DNA of 64,000 nucleotides from Eledone cirrhosa. Taxonomy: Eukaryota. The stretch is from positions 4,030,001 to 4,094,000 of the forward strand of contig OZ024754.1 of assembly GCA_964016885.1 (NCBI GenBank), read 5' to 3'. This document shows, piece after piece, positions 15,254-30,154 of the stretch. The position numbers were made by a program, and so were the translations under genes. Numbering within the stretch: the stretch's first letter is position 1; each line of letters begins with the position of its first letter. The notes under the pieces are model-generated. The model had not been told where the DNA came from, did not search any database, and saw only the letters and a program-made list of their open reading frames with translations.

Positions 15254-18200
15254 ATAACAGGAGGATGTATAAGAGAGTACTTGCTGTAAAAATAACCACC
15301 TCTACTCCATACTGTCCATATATACTTGTCTAATTATATATAGGTCACGCGTTCATATCATGTAACCGAAAATCATAAGAATTCTACCATATCACCTCTT
15401 CAACATATTTTGAATTTTTTAGATAAAACTTTCTGAAACCAATGGTGATAGATCTGACGTCACGACATGAGATGACAGATGAGTTCAGACTCCGTGAACG
15501 TGAGTATTATTGCATTACATGTATATGAACTCAAGGAAACTTATCGGATTTCAATGATTCTAAATGAATAATAAATATCTACTTCCATTTTCATAATATT
15601 GATACCTCATACTATTTGCACATGACATTTCTCTAACCAACTGTATATGTGTATGCCTGTCTGTGTATGTGTGTGTGAGAGTGATTATGTGTTTGTGGCT
15701 GTTTCTCTCTGTGTGTTTGTGTGTGTTTGTGTTTCTTTATATGTATGCGTGTACTCGTTTTTGGGAACCTAACTGAACATTTTAAATTCGTTCATGTTTT
15801 AGGATTTACTCTATTGGTACTCAGAGATGTTTCACATAGTACGATTCTTAGTAGTAAATATGGGCTCTCCCCTATTCAAAATATCGACAATGTATGAAAC
15901 AAAACGAAATGTGAATGTAGGTCAAAATGGGAGCTAGGTGAAGGGTAAAATAATAAGATATTGCGAAATTAGTGTTGAATTATTTACCAAAGGTAAAGCT
16001 GAAATTCAATAACATGTATTGAGAAGAAAGAATTAAGTGTGAATTAAATAGTAACCTTAGACATAAGCAATCTCAGGCATATAGAGAGAGATATGTCATT
16101 GGCTAGAGAATATATTTTCAAGTATTACAGAATACGTGGTACTAATAACTCCTGTAATATTGTCGCTATGGGAAACTACTATATATGTTTTGCAGAAAAA
16201 TAATTTTAATTTTCATCTATATTCGTCATAAGGTTTAAGCCATAAAAATCTTTCCAAACACATCTTACCACAACGCTAAATTGTCGGATTATATTCAAAG
16301 GAGACTTGCCTGTCATTTCTTGCTCATCGAGTGATTGCATAGAATGTAGAACTTTGAGGATGTGTGTGTTATGTAGGAAACATGTTTCTTGAATATCATA
16401 AGGGGTGATAATCTATTGAGTTCTAAAAGAAGGCCATTAGTTCTTATATTACAGTATCTGTAAATTTCTCTGTTTGTTAGGTTTATGAGGTTTTCGTTTG
16501 TTAGCGAAGTGTTGTGATTTGAGTGTGTTGTTCATATTCTGTGCGGAACTGTGACGTTGAAAATTGTGATAATGGCGGTATTTCCGGTGTGTAATGCTGG
16601 TGTGGATTGTATATTTGTTTTGTCATTTTTTATTATTTTTTTTGTAATGCGTCATTTATTCATGCAACGTTTTTGGTGTAAATGATGTATGTTTGTATTT
16701 TGGATAAATATATGCTGGAGAACACTCCACATTTTTTACAGATTTCAAAGTCTGCTTCCTGCACAGACATTTCTTTCAGATTGTCTACACGTGTAAGTGA
16801 TAGAAAACGTATTTTTATTTTGACTGTCTAAAAGCTAGCTGGTCGAGTGACTATGTCGAGGCTTCTTTTCATAACCATCGCTACTGATGTCGTTGGCATT
16901 TTTGTCATAGTGTTTTTATACGTTTTCAATATTGATGTTGGTATTGTTAATTCTCACATCATTTGTACTGTTCTATTCATTTAATCTAGTTTTTCCTCTT
17001 CCCCTCTGCTTAGCAATTTCACCAATCTGTCTCTTCTTCTTATCGCCATCTTCATCATACCATACGTTATATAAAAACATGTTCCTCATCATTATGAACA
17101 GTTTGTATCTCCAACTATCAACACTACAGTCACGCTAATGAAAAATAATTGCTCATGCTTCCATACAAGAAACAAATAACACTCACTAAATAATGACATT
17201 CCAACCCATATAACTTCAGAAGTTATTTAACAATTAAACCCTACTTTCTTTCTCCGTATGAAAACAATAAAAATAATAATATAAGGATGACAAAATTGAC
17301 ATAACAATAAAATGGATGCATATGGCTGCAACCTCTGTTAAAAATAAGCAACAACAAAGAAAAAACATTCAAGAAAATCGACCAGAATATGTACGAAAAC
17401 CATTTAAACTTGACTAAGTATATGCTTAAAATCATGTAACATTCTACAGAGCTTATAATTTGATTCAATGTAAGAATATATCATAAATCATACATATATG
17501 CATATATACATACATACATACATACTTACACATATTCATACATACAATTACATACACAGACTCACGCCTTCATATAACAGAGACACACACATATCTATAA
17601 ATATATGTGTATCTCTATGGTGTATGTGTGTGTGTATCTGTGTGTGTATCTGTGTGTGTATCTGTGTGTGTATGTGTGTATGTATATGTGCGTGTGTGTG
17701 TAAGATTGTTGGATAAGTATTCATATAGGTGATGTATGAGAGAAATACGTCCGAACAGAGTCACATTTAAAGAATTCAATGTTCTTTCTATAAGTGGGTG
17801 TTACGGAAAGACTGTCTGAATGAAACAAAAATAGAGTAAAAACCAAGAAAGACCAGGATAAATTTAAAGAAGGAGAGTGAAATATTGGATTGGAAAGACG
17901 TAGAAATATGAAGCATAGCAATGAGAGATTGAAGAGAATAATAGAAAAAAAAATTAATATAAAAAAGATATCGCAGTGATGGAAAGTAGTATATAACCGA
18001 AATAATGTGGGAGGTTTTAGATAGTAATAAAACGGTGAAATATAAAGAAATAAACACATAACACATATAAAATAGTAATGAAACTAAACATAAGAAAGGG
18101 CAAGAATAAAGTTGATAGGAATGGAAGGAGTGGAGAAAAATGCAAAATATGGTCTGACTTTAGCTAAAGAGAAAACTAAAAAAAAAAAAAATAATAATAA

Positions 18201-19001
18201 AAAATTGAAGATAGAATATGAAGAAAAAATGTCGGAAAGAAGAAAAGAGTTTGTTTTTTTTTTAAAGTAAAGAAATAAAATAAAATAATAACAAAAAGAG
18301 TAAAGCTATCTGAAGAAAACGGAACGGATTCAGTGACTTTCTGTTCTGTTTATGGCATTTTCCTTTATTCTCATCCTTTATCCACATTTTATTCACCCAC
18401 TACACCTCAACATCTGGCCTCTCTCTCCTACTCCTTCTTTCTCCCTCTATTATTCTCCGCCTTCCACTTTTACTCTCACACTTAAACTTTCTCTCTCTCT
18501 AATTATCTCTCAAACACACACTCTCTCTCTCTCTCTCACACACACTCTTTCTCCCCCCCCCTCTCTCTCTATCGCTCTCTCTCTACCTTTTCACTCTCAC
18601 ACAATGTCTGGTTGGATGCCCAACTAAATCTGACGATTCACTCACAGAACATCAATCATTGAATTCTAATGCCACAAACCAAAAAATATATAAAGTAAAA
18701 TAAAATAAAATAAAATACAAACAAAAAGACAAGAAAACAATGATAATAGCAAATAAATAAATAAAATAAAATAATAAAATGAAAGAATAATAATTATATA
18801 TATATACATATATATACATATATATACATATATATTAAAAATAAAAACTTAAATAAATAACAATAGGAAGAAAAAAAATATTCACTCCCAGGAAATTTAA
18901 TAATGTTATCAAAGATTAAAGCGTTCAAAAGAATGTACGAATTATAATTATCATGCTGCTTCTGATGATGATGATGACGATGGTGATGACGATGATGATA
19001 C

Positions 19002-19038
<37 letters not shown>

Positions 19039-19115
19039 AATACATGTAACAACAACACATGCACTATTACTAATAATAAATCTCTACAAAAAACTACGAA
19101 TTCTTCTTCATTCAA

Positions 19116-19168
<53 letters not shown>

Positions 19169-19582
19169 GCTATTTTTATCATTATTGTTGTTATTATAAT
19201 TATTGTTGTTGTTATTGATGTTATTTCTCAAAGAACAAAATGGCCATTGGCTGTAGCCATTTGAGCTAAAATGAAATATAAAGTAATTGAAGATAAAAAA
19301 AAAAAACCCTGATAGACGTGCAGACAAATGATATGGAAATTTATTTTTAGCCTGTACTTATGAACATATACAGATAGAAGATAAATAATGCTTTTTTCTC
19401 ATATACATGCTCATGCATACATATACATACATACCAATATATATATGTGTGTGTGTGTGCTTGTAGGTTTGTCTGTGAGTGTGTATGCGTGGGATCGTGC
19501 ACATCTGTCTTTGTGCGTGCGTGTATATATCTATCTATATATATAGGCATATACATATAGATTATGCATGTATGAGATATAC

Positions 19583-19622
<40 letters not shown>

Positions 19623-19669
19623 ATACATACACATACACACCATCATATATATATATATATATATATATA

Positions 19670-19720
19670 GTAATAATAATAAATGTGAAAACTAAAATCC
19701 GAAGAGGGCTCCATAAGGAT
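19670..19720 (-). mobile_element. 3'-tail fragment of (TA)n-embedded family P2
   Basis: GTAATAATAATAAATGTGAAAACTAAAATCCGAAGAGGGCTCCATAAGGAT closely matches 31349-31399. (TA)n on both sides. Confidence 0.7.
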
Positions 19721-19752
<32 letters not shown>

Positions 19753-19847
19753 GAACAAATATATAAAAATACATATATATATACGTGTATATATATATGC
19801 ATGAGTATTTATGTATGTATGTTATGTATGGGTGCAACCTAACTTCA

Positions 19848-20030
19848 TAATAATAATTGTTTCTACTTTAGGCACAAGGCCAGCAATCACCCAGTGCATT
19901 ACTGGTACTTTTATTTTATCGACCCCGTAAGGATGAAAGGCAAAGTCAACCTCGGCGGGATTTGAACTCAGATCGTAAAGGGACGTAACTATGCTGGAAA
20001 GCATGGCGTCCGACCCTCTCCCGATACTCC
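19848..20030 (-). mobile_element. SINE family A copy
   Basis: High-identity reverse complement of 32147-32332, with an (ATT)n tail on minus. Confidence 0.9.
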
Positions 20031-20149
20031 CATGTCCCTAGTATGCTCTCACTGTGTGGTATCTTGGCTATGTGTCATTTACCAAAGGATAAGTGTGACC
20101 TAACCATTCTAAATGAAATTGGGTCGATGGGAACTATAAGTATTGACTA

Positions 20150-20310
20150 TTTGTAATTCAAAGGCAAAGGACGAGCCTTGCCATACACCATGTCACGCGT
20201 AATCCCTCTGTGAATTACGTTTCGGGTACACGTGTTCTTGGAATGCTCAGCCACTTGCACGTTAGTTTTACGAGCACGCAGTTCCGTTGAACTTACAGCA
20301 GGAACACTCA
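20150..20310 (+). mobile_element. SINE family B, 3' portion
   Basis: GGGTACACGTG...CTCAGCCACTTGCACGTT...TTCCGTTG is shared with 56695-56830 and the 3' part of 37343-37650. Confidence 0.65.
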
Positions 20311-20438
20311 CCATAAAAAAAAACAATAGAGGTCTATTACATTCCATAATAATTCAAGGAATGTGTGAAAATATGGCCTGAGGTCATATGAAAGTTTAGA
20401 TATGGACAAAAATTTCATTTCAGCTTTCTTTCTCTCAC

Positions 20439-20483
<45 letters not shown>

Positions 20484-20696
20484 CTCTTCCTCACTTGCAT
20501 TCTCTTGCCCACAAACCCTCTTTCTACTTTCTATCAGTCTCCCCTTCTACCTCTTCACTCATCATCTTTCTCCTTTCTTCCTCTCCCTCACTCCATCTCT
20601 CTTTCAACCTCTCTCGCTCTCTCTCTCTGTCTCTCAGACACTCTCTATCTTTCTCTCTCTCTCTTACACCTCCCTCTGTGTCTCTCTCAATCTCTT

Positions 20697-20757
<61 letters not shown>

Positions 20758-21157
20758 ACATTCTCTTGCATTGTCTCGCCCTCTCACCTTCCTTCTAATT
20801 TCTCTCACTCTTTTCTGTCTCCTCTTCTGTCGCACGCACTCATCCTCTCTCTTTCCTCTCTCCCACCCTCACACACCATATCCCCCCTCTCTCTCTCTCT
20901 CTTTCTCTCTCTCTCACTCTATCCTAGTCCACTCTCCTCTCGTCTCCTATCTTCCCGCTCTCTTTCTAATTATTTAATATTATATTCCATATTTTGTTAC
21001 TTTCATTTTCGTGTCATCCATAATTCATTGTTTTTACACTTTTTTAGGAAGGGGAGGAGGAGGAGGGGGAGGATGAGGGGGGGGGGGGGGGAGGAGGAGG
21101 GGGTTCATTGAATCCCTGGTTACTATTTATATATTAATATCCCTGTGACGATTGTCG

Positions 21158-21710
<553 letters not shown>

Positions 21711-21849
21711 TCTGTTATTGTAAGTGCATGGTAAACGTGGAGATGCAGAATATAGAAAGATTTCAAAGAAATTTCACAAATCCGAAAATCTTTAACCTTC
21801 GTAATGTATAATTAATAAATAGATAATGGGAGGAGGAGGGGGGGGGGAC

Positions 21850-22560
21850 AAGAAGAAGAAGAAGAAGAAGAAGAAGAAGAAGAAGAAGAAGAAGAAGAAG
21901 AAGAAGAAGAAGAAAAAAGAAGAAGAAGAAGAAGAAGAAGAAAAAAGAAGAAGAAGAAGAAGAAAAAGAAAAAGAAAAAGAAGAAGAAGAAGAAGAAAAG
22001 AAGTAGAAGAAAAGAAGAAGAAGAAGGAGAAGAAGAAGAAGAAGAAGAAGAAGAAGAAGAAGAAGAAGAAGAAAAAAAGAAGAAGAGAAGAAGAAGAAGA
22101 AGAAGAAGAAGAAAAAAGAAGAAGAAGAAGAAGAAGAAGAAGAAGAAGAAGAAGAAGAAGAAGAAGAAAAAAAAGAAGAAGAAGAAGAAGAAGAAGAAGA
22201 AGAAAAAAGAAGAAGAAGAAGAAGAAGAAGAAGAAGAAGAAGAAGAAAAAGAAAAAGAAAAAGAAGAAGAAAAGAAGTAGAAGAAAAGAAGAAGAAGAAG
22301 AAGGAGAAGAAGAAGAAGAAAAGAAGAAGAAGAAGAAGAAGAAGAAGAAGAAGAAGAAGAAGAAGAAGAAGAAGAAGAAGAAAAAAAGAAGTAGAAGAAG
22401 AAGAAGAAGAAGAAGAAAAAAGAGAAAAAAGAAGAAGAAGAAGAAGAAGAAGAAGGAGAAGAAGAAGAAGAAGAAAAAAAGAAGAAGAAGAAGAAGAAGA
22501 AGAAGAAGAAGAAGAAGAAGAAGAAGAAGAAGAAGAAGGAGAAGAAGAAGAAGAAGAAGA
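21850..22560. repeat. (GAA)n polypurine array, about 700 bp
   Basis: Direct reading. Confidence 0.95.
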
Positions 22561-22850
22561 ACCGTAGTGACGATGGTGCATTAATGATTATGATGATGGC
22601 GGAGTTGATAGCGTTGGTAGTGGTAACGACGACGATGATGGTGATGATGATGATGGTGGTGATGATGTTGCTGCTGCTGACGATGATGACGATGGTGATG
22701 ATGGTGTTGCTGCTTACTGATGATAATGATGATGACGACGATGATGATGATGAAGAAGATGGCGATGACGATGATGGCGATGACGATGATGATGTATAAA
22801 TGTTGATGATGCAGAATATAAAGCAACGCATTTGGGAATAGAAAGAACAG

Positions 22851-22935
22851 AAGGAGGCGAGGGAGTGTAGAAGGAGGCGAGGGAGTGTAGAAGGAGGAGA
22901 GGGAGTGTAGAAGGAGGCGAGGGAGTGTAGAAGGA
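22851..22935. repeat. 20-bp tandem repeat x4 (AAGGAGGCGAGGGAGTGTAG)
   Basis: Units start at 22851, 22871, 22891 and 22911. Confidence 0.95.
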
Positions 22936-23446
22936 TAATATCCAATATAAGAAAGAAATAATTTAAACAAAGAAAAAAAGATAGGAAAAAAAAAAACCCC
23001 AAAAAAACCCCCAACGAAGAAAAGAAAGAATTATGAATCCAAAATATAATGGGTCAAATAAAAAAATGGTTTGGAGTGGGAGGGGAGGAATTTATTGAAA
23101 GGAAGGTTGGGGTGAGGACGAGAATTTGAGAGTTCAGTAAGGCATTGAGAAATTTGTTAAGCTGATTGACATGGCGAGAGGGAAAAAGAGAAGGAATGGA
23201 AGATATAGGGAATGATAGATGGATAGATAGATAGATGTAGAGAGAAAGATAGGGTGATTAGATGGATAGATATATATAGAGAGAAAGATAGATTGATAAA
23301 TAGATAGATATATATATAGAGAAAGATAGATTGATAAATAGATATATATATATAGAATGATATAATGAAAAATATATATAAAGAGAAGATAGGAAGATAT
23401 ATATATATATATATATATGGAGGGAAAGAGAGAGAGAGAGAGAATG

Positions 23447-23490
23447 ATATAATGAAAAATAGATATAAAGAGAAGATAGGAAGATATATG

Positions 23491-23572
<82 letters not shown>

Positions 23573-23617
23573 TATATATATATATCTTCCTATCTTCTCT
23601 TTATATCTATTTTTCAT

Positions 23618-23622
<5 letters not shown>
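23447..23622. repeat. 43-bp perfect inverted repeat flanking a (TA)n spacer
   Basis: 23447-23489 is the reverse complement of 23580-23622. A direct near-copy lies at about 23359-23401. Confidence 0.9.
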
Positions 23623-23673
<51 letters not shown>

Positions 23674-23882
23674 AGAGAGAGAGAGAGATAAATAGATAGG
23701 GATATAGAGAGAAAGATATATTGAAGAATAGATATATATATATTCAGAGAGAGAGAGAAATGTAGAGAATGATAGATTGATGAAGAGATAAAGATATGGA
23801 GAAAGAGAGACTTGGAGGAAAAGAAACTTATCACGGTGAGAGTTAGCGAGAGAAAGAAAAAGAAAGATAAAAGCAGACCAGA

Positions 23883-23954
<72 letters not shown>

Positions 23955-24062
23955 ACACACAAACATACATATGTATCTAGGGGTGGAGTTTGATGGTGTG
24001 TCTAATAAGATAACAGGAGAGAGAGAGAAATACCAAGAAAAAGAATTGTAGATATAAATATA

Positions 24063-24113
24063 TGGCGATTCCCCAGCAATGGCCGTAGTCTAATGTTTGA
24101 ACCATTAACAGAA
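24063..24113 (+). mobile_element. Short retroposon 3'-end fragment
   Basis: GGCGATTCCCCAGCAATGGCCGTAGTCTAATGTTTGAA is similar to 60746-60800. Confidence 0.5.
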
Positions 24114-24133
24114 TATATATATATGGAGAGAGA

Positions 24134-24197
<64 letters not shown>

Positions 24198-24285
24198 AGA
24201 TGTGTGTGCGTGTACGTGTGTGATGAGAGATAGGGAGAGAGTAGCAAGCAGAAATAAATATATGGGCAGAGAAAAATATAAATAA

Positions 24286-24334
<49 letters not shown>

Positions 24335-24893
24335 GCCAGGGTTTGAGAGAGAAAGGAGGGCGGAAATTGTGTTACGAATTATAAGAGAGAGATGGAAAGA
24401 GAGAATATGTTCTATTTGGAAGTGAATACAAAACAATATTAAAAAATATTAGAAAAAGATTTGACTGATGAACCGAAGAACAATCTGAGAACGTCTCGTA
24501 GAAAAAAAAAAGAAAAAAAGTTGGGTGAGAAAGGATTGAATTTATTGAAAAATTAATGAAAGGATGAAAAAGGATAGTTTTCATATGGCAACGAGTATGT
24601 TTTGATTGATGCAGTTGAAGTAGGATTTATGAATGGAAAAAAAAAAATGAATGGAACCGTCTTGCAAATTAATGCGTCTGCAATAGAGAAGTATTTGTTG
24701 GTACCCGGGTGAATTGCGGTTTAGAGTGTTACGTATTGTGGAGCAGGTGTGGTGCTGTCCATGTTTTCCTTTATCTTGTCTCCAATTGCATATATACCTA
24801 ACTTTTTGGATTAGGTTTTTCACACAAAGCCGCACTTTGAAGCTGTTAATTTTGGTAGCACATACTCACTCACTCACTCTCTCTCTCTCTCAT

Positions 24894-24933
<40 letters not shown>

Positions 24934-25110
24934 GTTTTAGGTAGTTCCGAAGAAAGAGCGAAGGAAAAAAGAGTGCTCTATGTATGGAAGAGAGCTATTT
25001 AATTGACATCTCTGTCTGATGAACGATCCAGACGTATATTAATATCGTCTAGGATCCAGAAGCCTTTTGTAATGGAGTAGTTATAGATTGTGTTGTTCAC
25101 TTTCTAAATA

Positions 25111-25201
<91 letters not shown>

Positions 25202-25365
25202 ATATATAGTGCCTCGGTATGTGTGTGTGTGTTTGTGTATATTATATTAAATTATGTTATACGACATTATATTTTATTATATCCAGACAGTTTTCATACC
25301 CAAGTACGTCGTTGAAGCTTCAAAATAAACAATTATCATTAATAAGAACGTGGGTGTGTGCTTTT

Positions 25366-25494
<129 letters not shown>

Positions 25495-25689
25495 TGTGGT
25501 ATCGGTATTTCTTAGTTAGTATCTGTGGCTGTGATCGTAATTGTGTCTCTACAATCAGCAAAACCGTGTTGCAATATGTTAAACCAGTCAACGTTATAGA
25601 GTGATTAGAGGTGCCGTAATTGACATACGGCGTTTTGGGGGCAATTTAAGCCTGGCGGAGGCCATCCCTCTCCAGGCCTGAGTACAGCA

Positions 25690-25872
25690 GAATTTCTTCC
25701 AGGGAGAGGAAGAATCGACCCCAGTACTAGACTAGTACTTGGTTTATCGACCTGGAAATGATGAAAGGCAAAGTTGACCTCGGCTGGATTTGAAATGAGA
25801 GAGCTGAGAGCCGGAACTAAAAATACTATAAAGCATTCTCTCTGACGTTCTAACGATTCTGCCAATTCGCCA
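25690..25872 (-). mobile_element. SINE family A copy (diverged)
   Basis: GATGAAAGGCAAAGTTGACCTCGGCTGGATTTGAA...GATTCTGCCAATTCGCC. Confidence 0.8.
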
Positions 25873-25970
25873 GCAATACCATCTATAAACTGGTATCAAT
25901 ACAATCAAATTTCCCATCAGTGTAAATTGTTACTATTATGCGTAAAGGAGAAACCATTATTATTTCATCA

Positions 25971-26160
25971 AGTGGATCGATCGGCAGTATCGGTAGAGGG
26001 TCTGACGCCATGCTTTGCAGCAAAGAGTTACGGCCCTTTATGGTCTGAGTTTAAATCTCGTCGAGGCTAACTTTGTCTTTCATCCTTACGGGGCCGATAA
26101 AATAAAGTACCAGTAATACACTGGGGTAATTTGTGGGCCTTGTACCAAAAGTAGAAAAAA
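25971..26160 (+). mobile_element. SINE family A copy, possible TSD ATTATTTCAT
   Basis: GGCAGTATCGGTAGAGGG...TTTCATCCTTACGGGG...AAAGTAGAAA. ATTATTTCAT occurs at both flanks. Confidence 0.85.
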
Positions 26161-27108
26161 TTATTTCATTATGTGAGGAGGGGGATCGGGTCGTTTCTTT
26201 TCTATCTTTACCTCAAAACCATCTAACACACACATGGACTAGTCTATCAGTGATTTTCTTTATTTTCATCACTATTGCTACATCCTCGTTCACATTAAAA
26301 CCTCTCCCACCTTTGTCATTTCTTCTGTAACGCTGCCCTCTTCTTTTTTCTTCTTCTTCATTACCTTCTTACCCGTCTTCGTATCTTTCTTTAACTCCAC
26401 CTCCTCTTATCCTCTTCTCTCCCTTTTCTTCTTCTTTATCTTGTTTTATTTTTTCATTTTTTTCATTTTCTATCTCTTCGTCTACCTTTTTTCTTCTTTT
26501 AGGTTTTTAAAATTTTTTTTCTTTTTATTATTATTTTTATTTATTCTCTTCTTTTTTTTCATCATCTTCATCAACATCATGTTCATCGTCTTCTTCTTCT
26601 TCTTACCATCCTTGGTTGCCTCCCTTTCCTCTGGTCTTTTTGCACCCCTTTTATTCTGTCATCTTTTTCTTTACATTATCAGTCTTTTATTTTTCCTAAA
26701 TATTCTTTTCTTCTTACTTTCGTTCATCTTCAAAGTCTACCACTTCTACGTTTTTTTATTCTTCATATAATGTTCTTTTTCTTTATTATTACTATTATTA
26801 TTATTATTATTATTATTATCTCTATTATTTATTTATTTTATTATTACTATCCGTAATTCTTTACTCAATTACTCCCCCTTCTTTCGTTTTAAGACCCTTC
26901 TTTTTCTCCTTCTCATACCCAGCTTCTCTTTTATATTTTAAATCTTTTTTTATATTTTATTCTTCGCATCTTCTTCTCGCTCACTCTATCACTTCTTTTA
27001 TCTCTTATTACCTCCCTTGCCATATTTTTTCTCTGGCTCTCATTTTCTATCTTTCTCTCCTTTTCGCCAATTCTCTGTCTCCATATACATACATTCATAC
27101 ACACCCAC

Positions 27109-27198
<90 letters not shown>

Positions 27199-27414
27199 GG
27201 GTGGAGTGTGCGTGTTTGTACGTATGTATACATGTGTAATTTCCATCCCTCTCCCAATTGTCTCATCTCACTCTCCATCTCTCTCTCACTATCTCTCTTC
27301 CCCCTCTCTCGGACACTCCCCTATAATTTCATTTCATCCTCCTCTCATCATTTCTAAACCTTTCCATCCTCTTCACTTTTTCCTCTTTTTATCAAATCTC
27401 TCTGCATATAAAGT

Positions 27415-27600
27415 CTGCAAATTGGCAGTCATTAATTTGGCAGCGCCAGTTCTGGCTCTCTGTTTTCAAATCCTGCCGAGGTCACCTTTACTTTTTCTCA
27501 CTGTGAGGTCTCAAAGTAAAATACCAGTCTAATACTGGTGTCAATAACATACTTTACCTTTCCTCAAAAATTCCTTATTTTGTATCTACACCAATATTAG
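27415..27600 (+). mobile_element. SINE family A, old diverged copy
   Basis: TTCAAATCCTGCCGAGGTCACCTTTACTTTT...AAAATACCAGT...CCTCAAAAATT. Confidence 0.5.
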
Positions 27601-28018
27601 TAGATGGTATATCAGTAGAACCATTATATCATCGCTTAGAATCTTTTGTAAGATCTGTTGCGGTTCTCTGCGCCCTCAATTTTAACATCGTAGCGAGGTC
27701 ATCATTGTAATTTGCGATCGGCCAATAAAGTTCTTGTCCAGCATTGGGAGCCATTCTTCTCCCTCTATATCTTGTTCACACTTTCTCACACTTATTTTTC
27801 TCTCTTTCTCATCTCTTTCTCTCTCTCTCTCTCCTTATATACTATCTTTCTCTTTCCACCCCTCCCTCATTCTAACTCGCTATTAACCCTGCTTTCTCCC
27901 TCTCTCTTTCTTTCTTACATCAATATACCTCACTACATGTTTCCCACATTTTCTTCCCGTCCCCTTTGCCTAGTATATATCGATCTCAATGTCTTTTCTA
28001 TTTTCTTACTTCCATCTC

Positions 28019-28150
<132 letters not shown>

Positions 28151-28453
28151 ATCCATCTATCTATTGCTTTTATTCTCTTTTCTCCTGATTTTCAAAAGTT
28201 GATTTTTATCTCTTTTTCTAATATATGTTTCATCTTAAGACATTTTGTTTTTGTTATTTTCACCATATAGTTCACCTACTGCACACACTCATATATCGTC
28301 ACACACACACTCCCTCACACATGCACACACTCACACAAAAGCCCACACAAACTCACACATCGATCTACATACATATCATGTCCCACACATGCAATCACAC
28401 TCAAATTGCAAACACAAACAAACACACTATTAAACCCCACATACATCTACACT

Positions 28454-28531
<78 letters not shown>

Positions 28532-29275
28532 TACAAGAATATACACAAACATGCATGCATACTGACAAACACCAAATTACTCACACGCACACAAAATTAC
28601 ATAGTTAAACACATAAACTCTCACACACACACAGAAATATACACCAAAACACCCACATAAAACTTGCATGCACAAAATCCCACTCACCCTTATATATACA
28701 CACACAATCAGGCACACCCAACTACACACGTACACATACACACAAACACACACACTCACACACACTCACACATGAACCGTCTTCTCATATCTCTATCACC
28801 CTCTCTATTTCTCCAACACTCTCTCTTTCTCTCTATCCTAATTCTATCAATCTCTTTCCTTTTATATCTCCTTACTATCTGTCTCTCTCCCTTCCTCTCC
28901 CCCCCCCTACCTATGCCATCACTCTCCCTCACATTCACTGTCCCCCTCTCTTACTGTCTCAAGCTTTACCTTTTTCTTTAAATTTTGTGTATATTATATT
29001 TCTCTTGTTTTTGTAGAGTCCCCCCCCCCCTTATCCCACCCCGTAATTTTCCTCTAATGTAATTAAGTTAATTTCTAATATGTTCTCAAGGAGAATATGA
29101 TTCCAGCTTCTGGTCAGTAATTTTCGACAGATCCTCTAATGAAAGTAAAGGAGGTGATGGTGTTATGGTGGTGGGAGAACAGAAGGCTGTGGTATGCTCT
29201 AGTGCAGTATAGTGTAGAATATTGCAGAATAGTGCACTGCATTGTATTCTAATGTTGTGTATTAAAGTGCCTAAC

Positions 29276-29635
29276 ATGGTGCTAGATTTGCAGAATCATT
29301 AGAGCGTCGGGACCAAGCGTAGTTTAAACCTAACCCAAACTCTAAACCTAACCCTAAAACGAAAGCTAACCCTTTCCCTAACTCTAGTCCTTAACCTAAC
29401 ACTAAGTTAACCCTAACCTTAACCCAGTAACGCTAACCCTAACCCTATTTACAACCATTTAACCAAGTACGTTTATATTTGAAATCCTGCCATGGCCAGG
29501 TTTACTTTTTATCTTTCTTGAGTATACAAAATAAAATACCAGTTATATACTGGTGGCAATATAATCGATTTTCGTCACACACACACACACACACCCCAAC
29601 CCCCAAAAAGTTGATGACCTGCCTAAATTAGAAAT
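29276..29635 (+). mobile_element. SINE family A, diverged copy interrupted by degenerate (CCCTAA)n
   Basis: Head TTGCAGAATCATTAGAGCGTCGG at about 29288. Body resumes at about 29470 (TTGAAATCCTGCC...AAAATAAAATACCAGT). Confidence 0.55.
29327..29447. repeat. Degenerate telomere-like (CCCTAA)n tract
   Basis: AACCTAACCC/CTAACCCTAA variants. Confidence 0.7.
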
Positions 29636-30069
29636 GATGGGGCAGGAATTAGCGTATGTAGGTTTATGTAGTGTACTTATGTATGTATATGGGGTGCTGT
29701 ACATGTGTGAGTCTGTGTTGAGGAGTTAGGGATGGCCTGTGTGTAGGGGCGGAGGTGCAATCAAACGCAAGGTGAACTGACTGCTGATTAGGACAGGAGT
29801 GGCAAGGAGATTTACAGAAGGGCGTTTCGATTTACTATAATCCTCCACCACCACCACCACCACCACGACAACAACAACAGCAACAGAAACAACAACAACA
29901 ACAACAACAAAGGGAAAGAACGGAATTACTCAAGAAACTAGTATCTAATGAAACCAACTGAGTGAAGGGGCAGAAGTAATTATATACAAAAACGAGAAGA
30001 TTAAAATATATCATTAAAACATTGTGCCACCCTAAACTATTTACTTTCCACCGGCCTTTTACACACACA

Positions 30070-30152
<83 letters not shown>

Positions 30153-30154
<2 letters not shown>

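Noticed and set aside
29735-29800. GC-box (GGGGCGG) and CCAAT-like motif as a promoter
   Set aside because: Short motifs expected by chance, with no linked gene.
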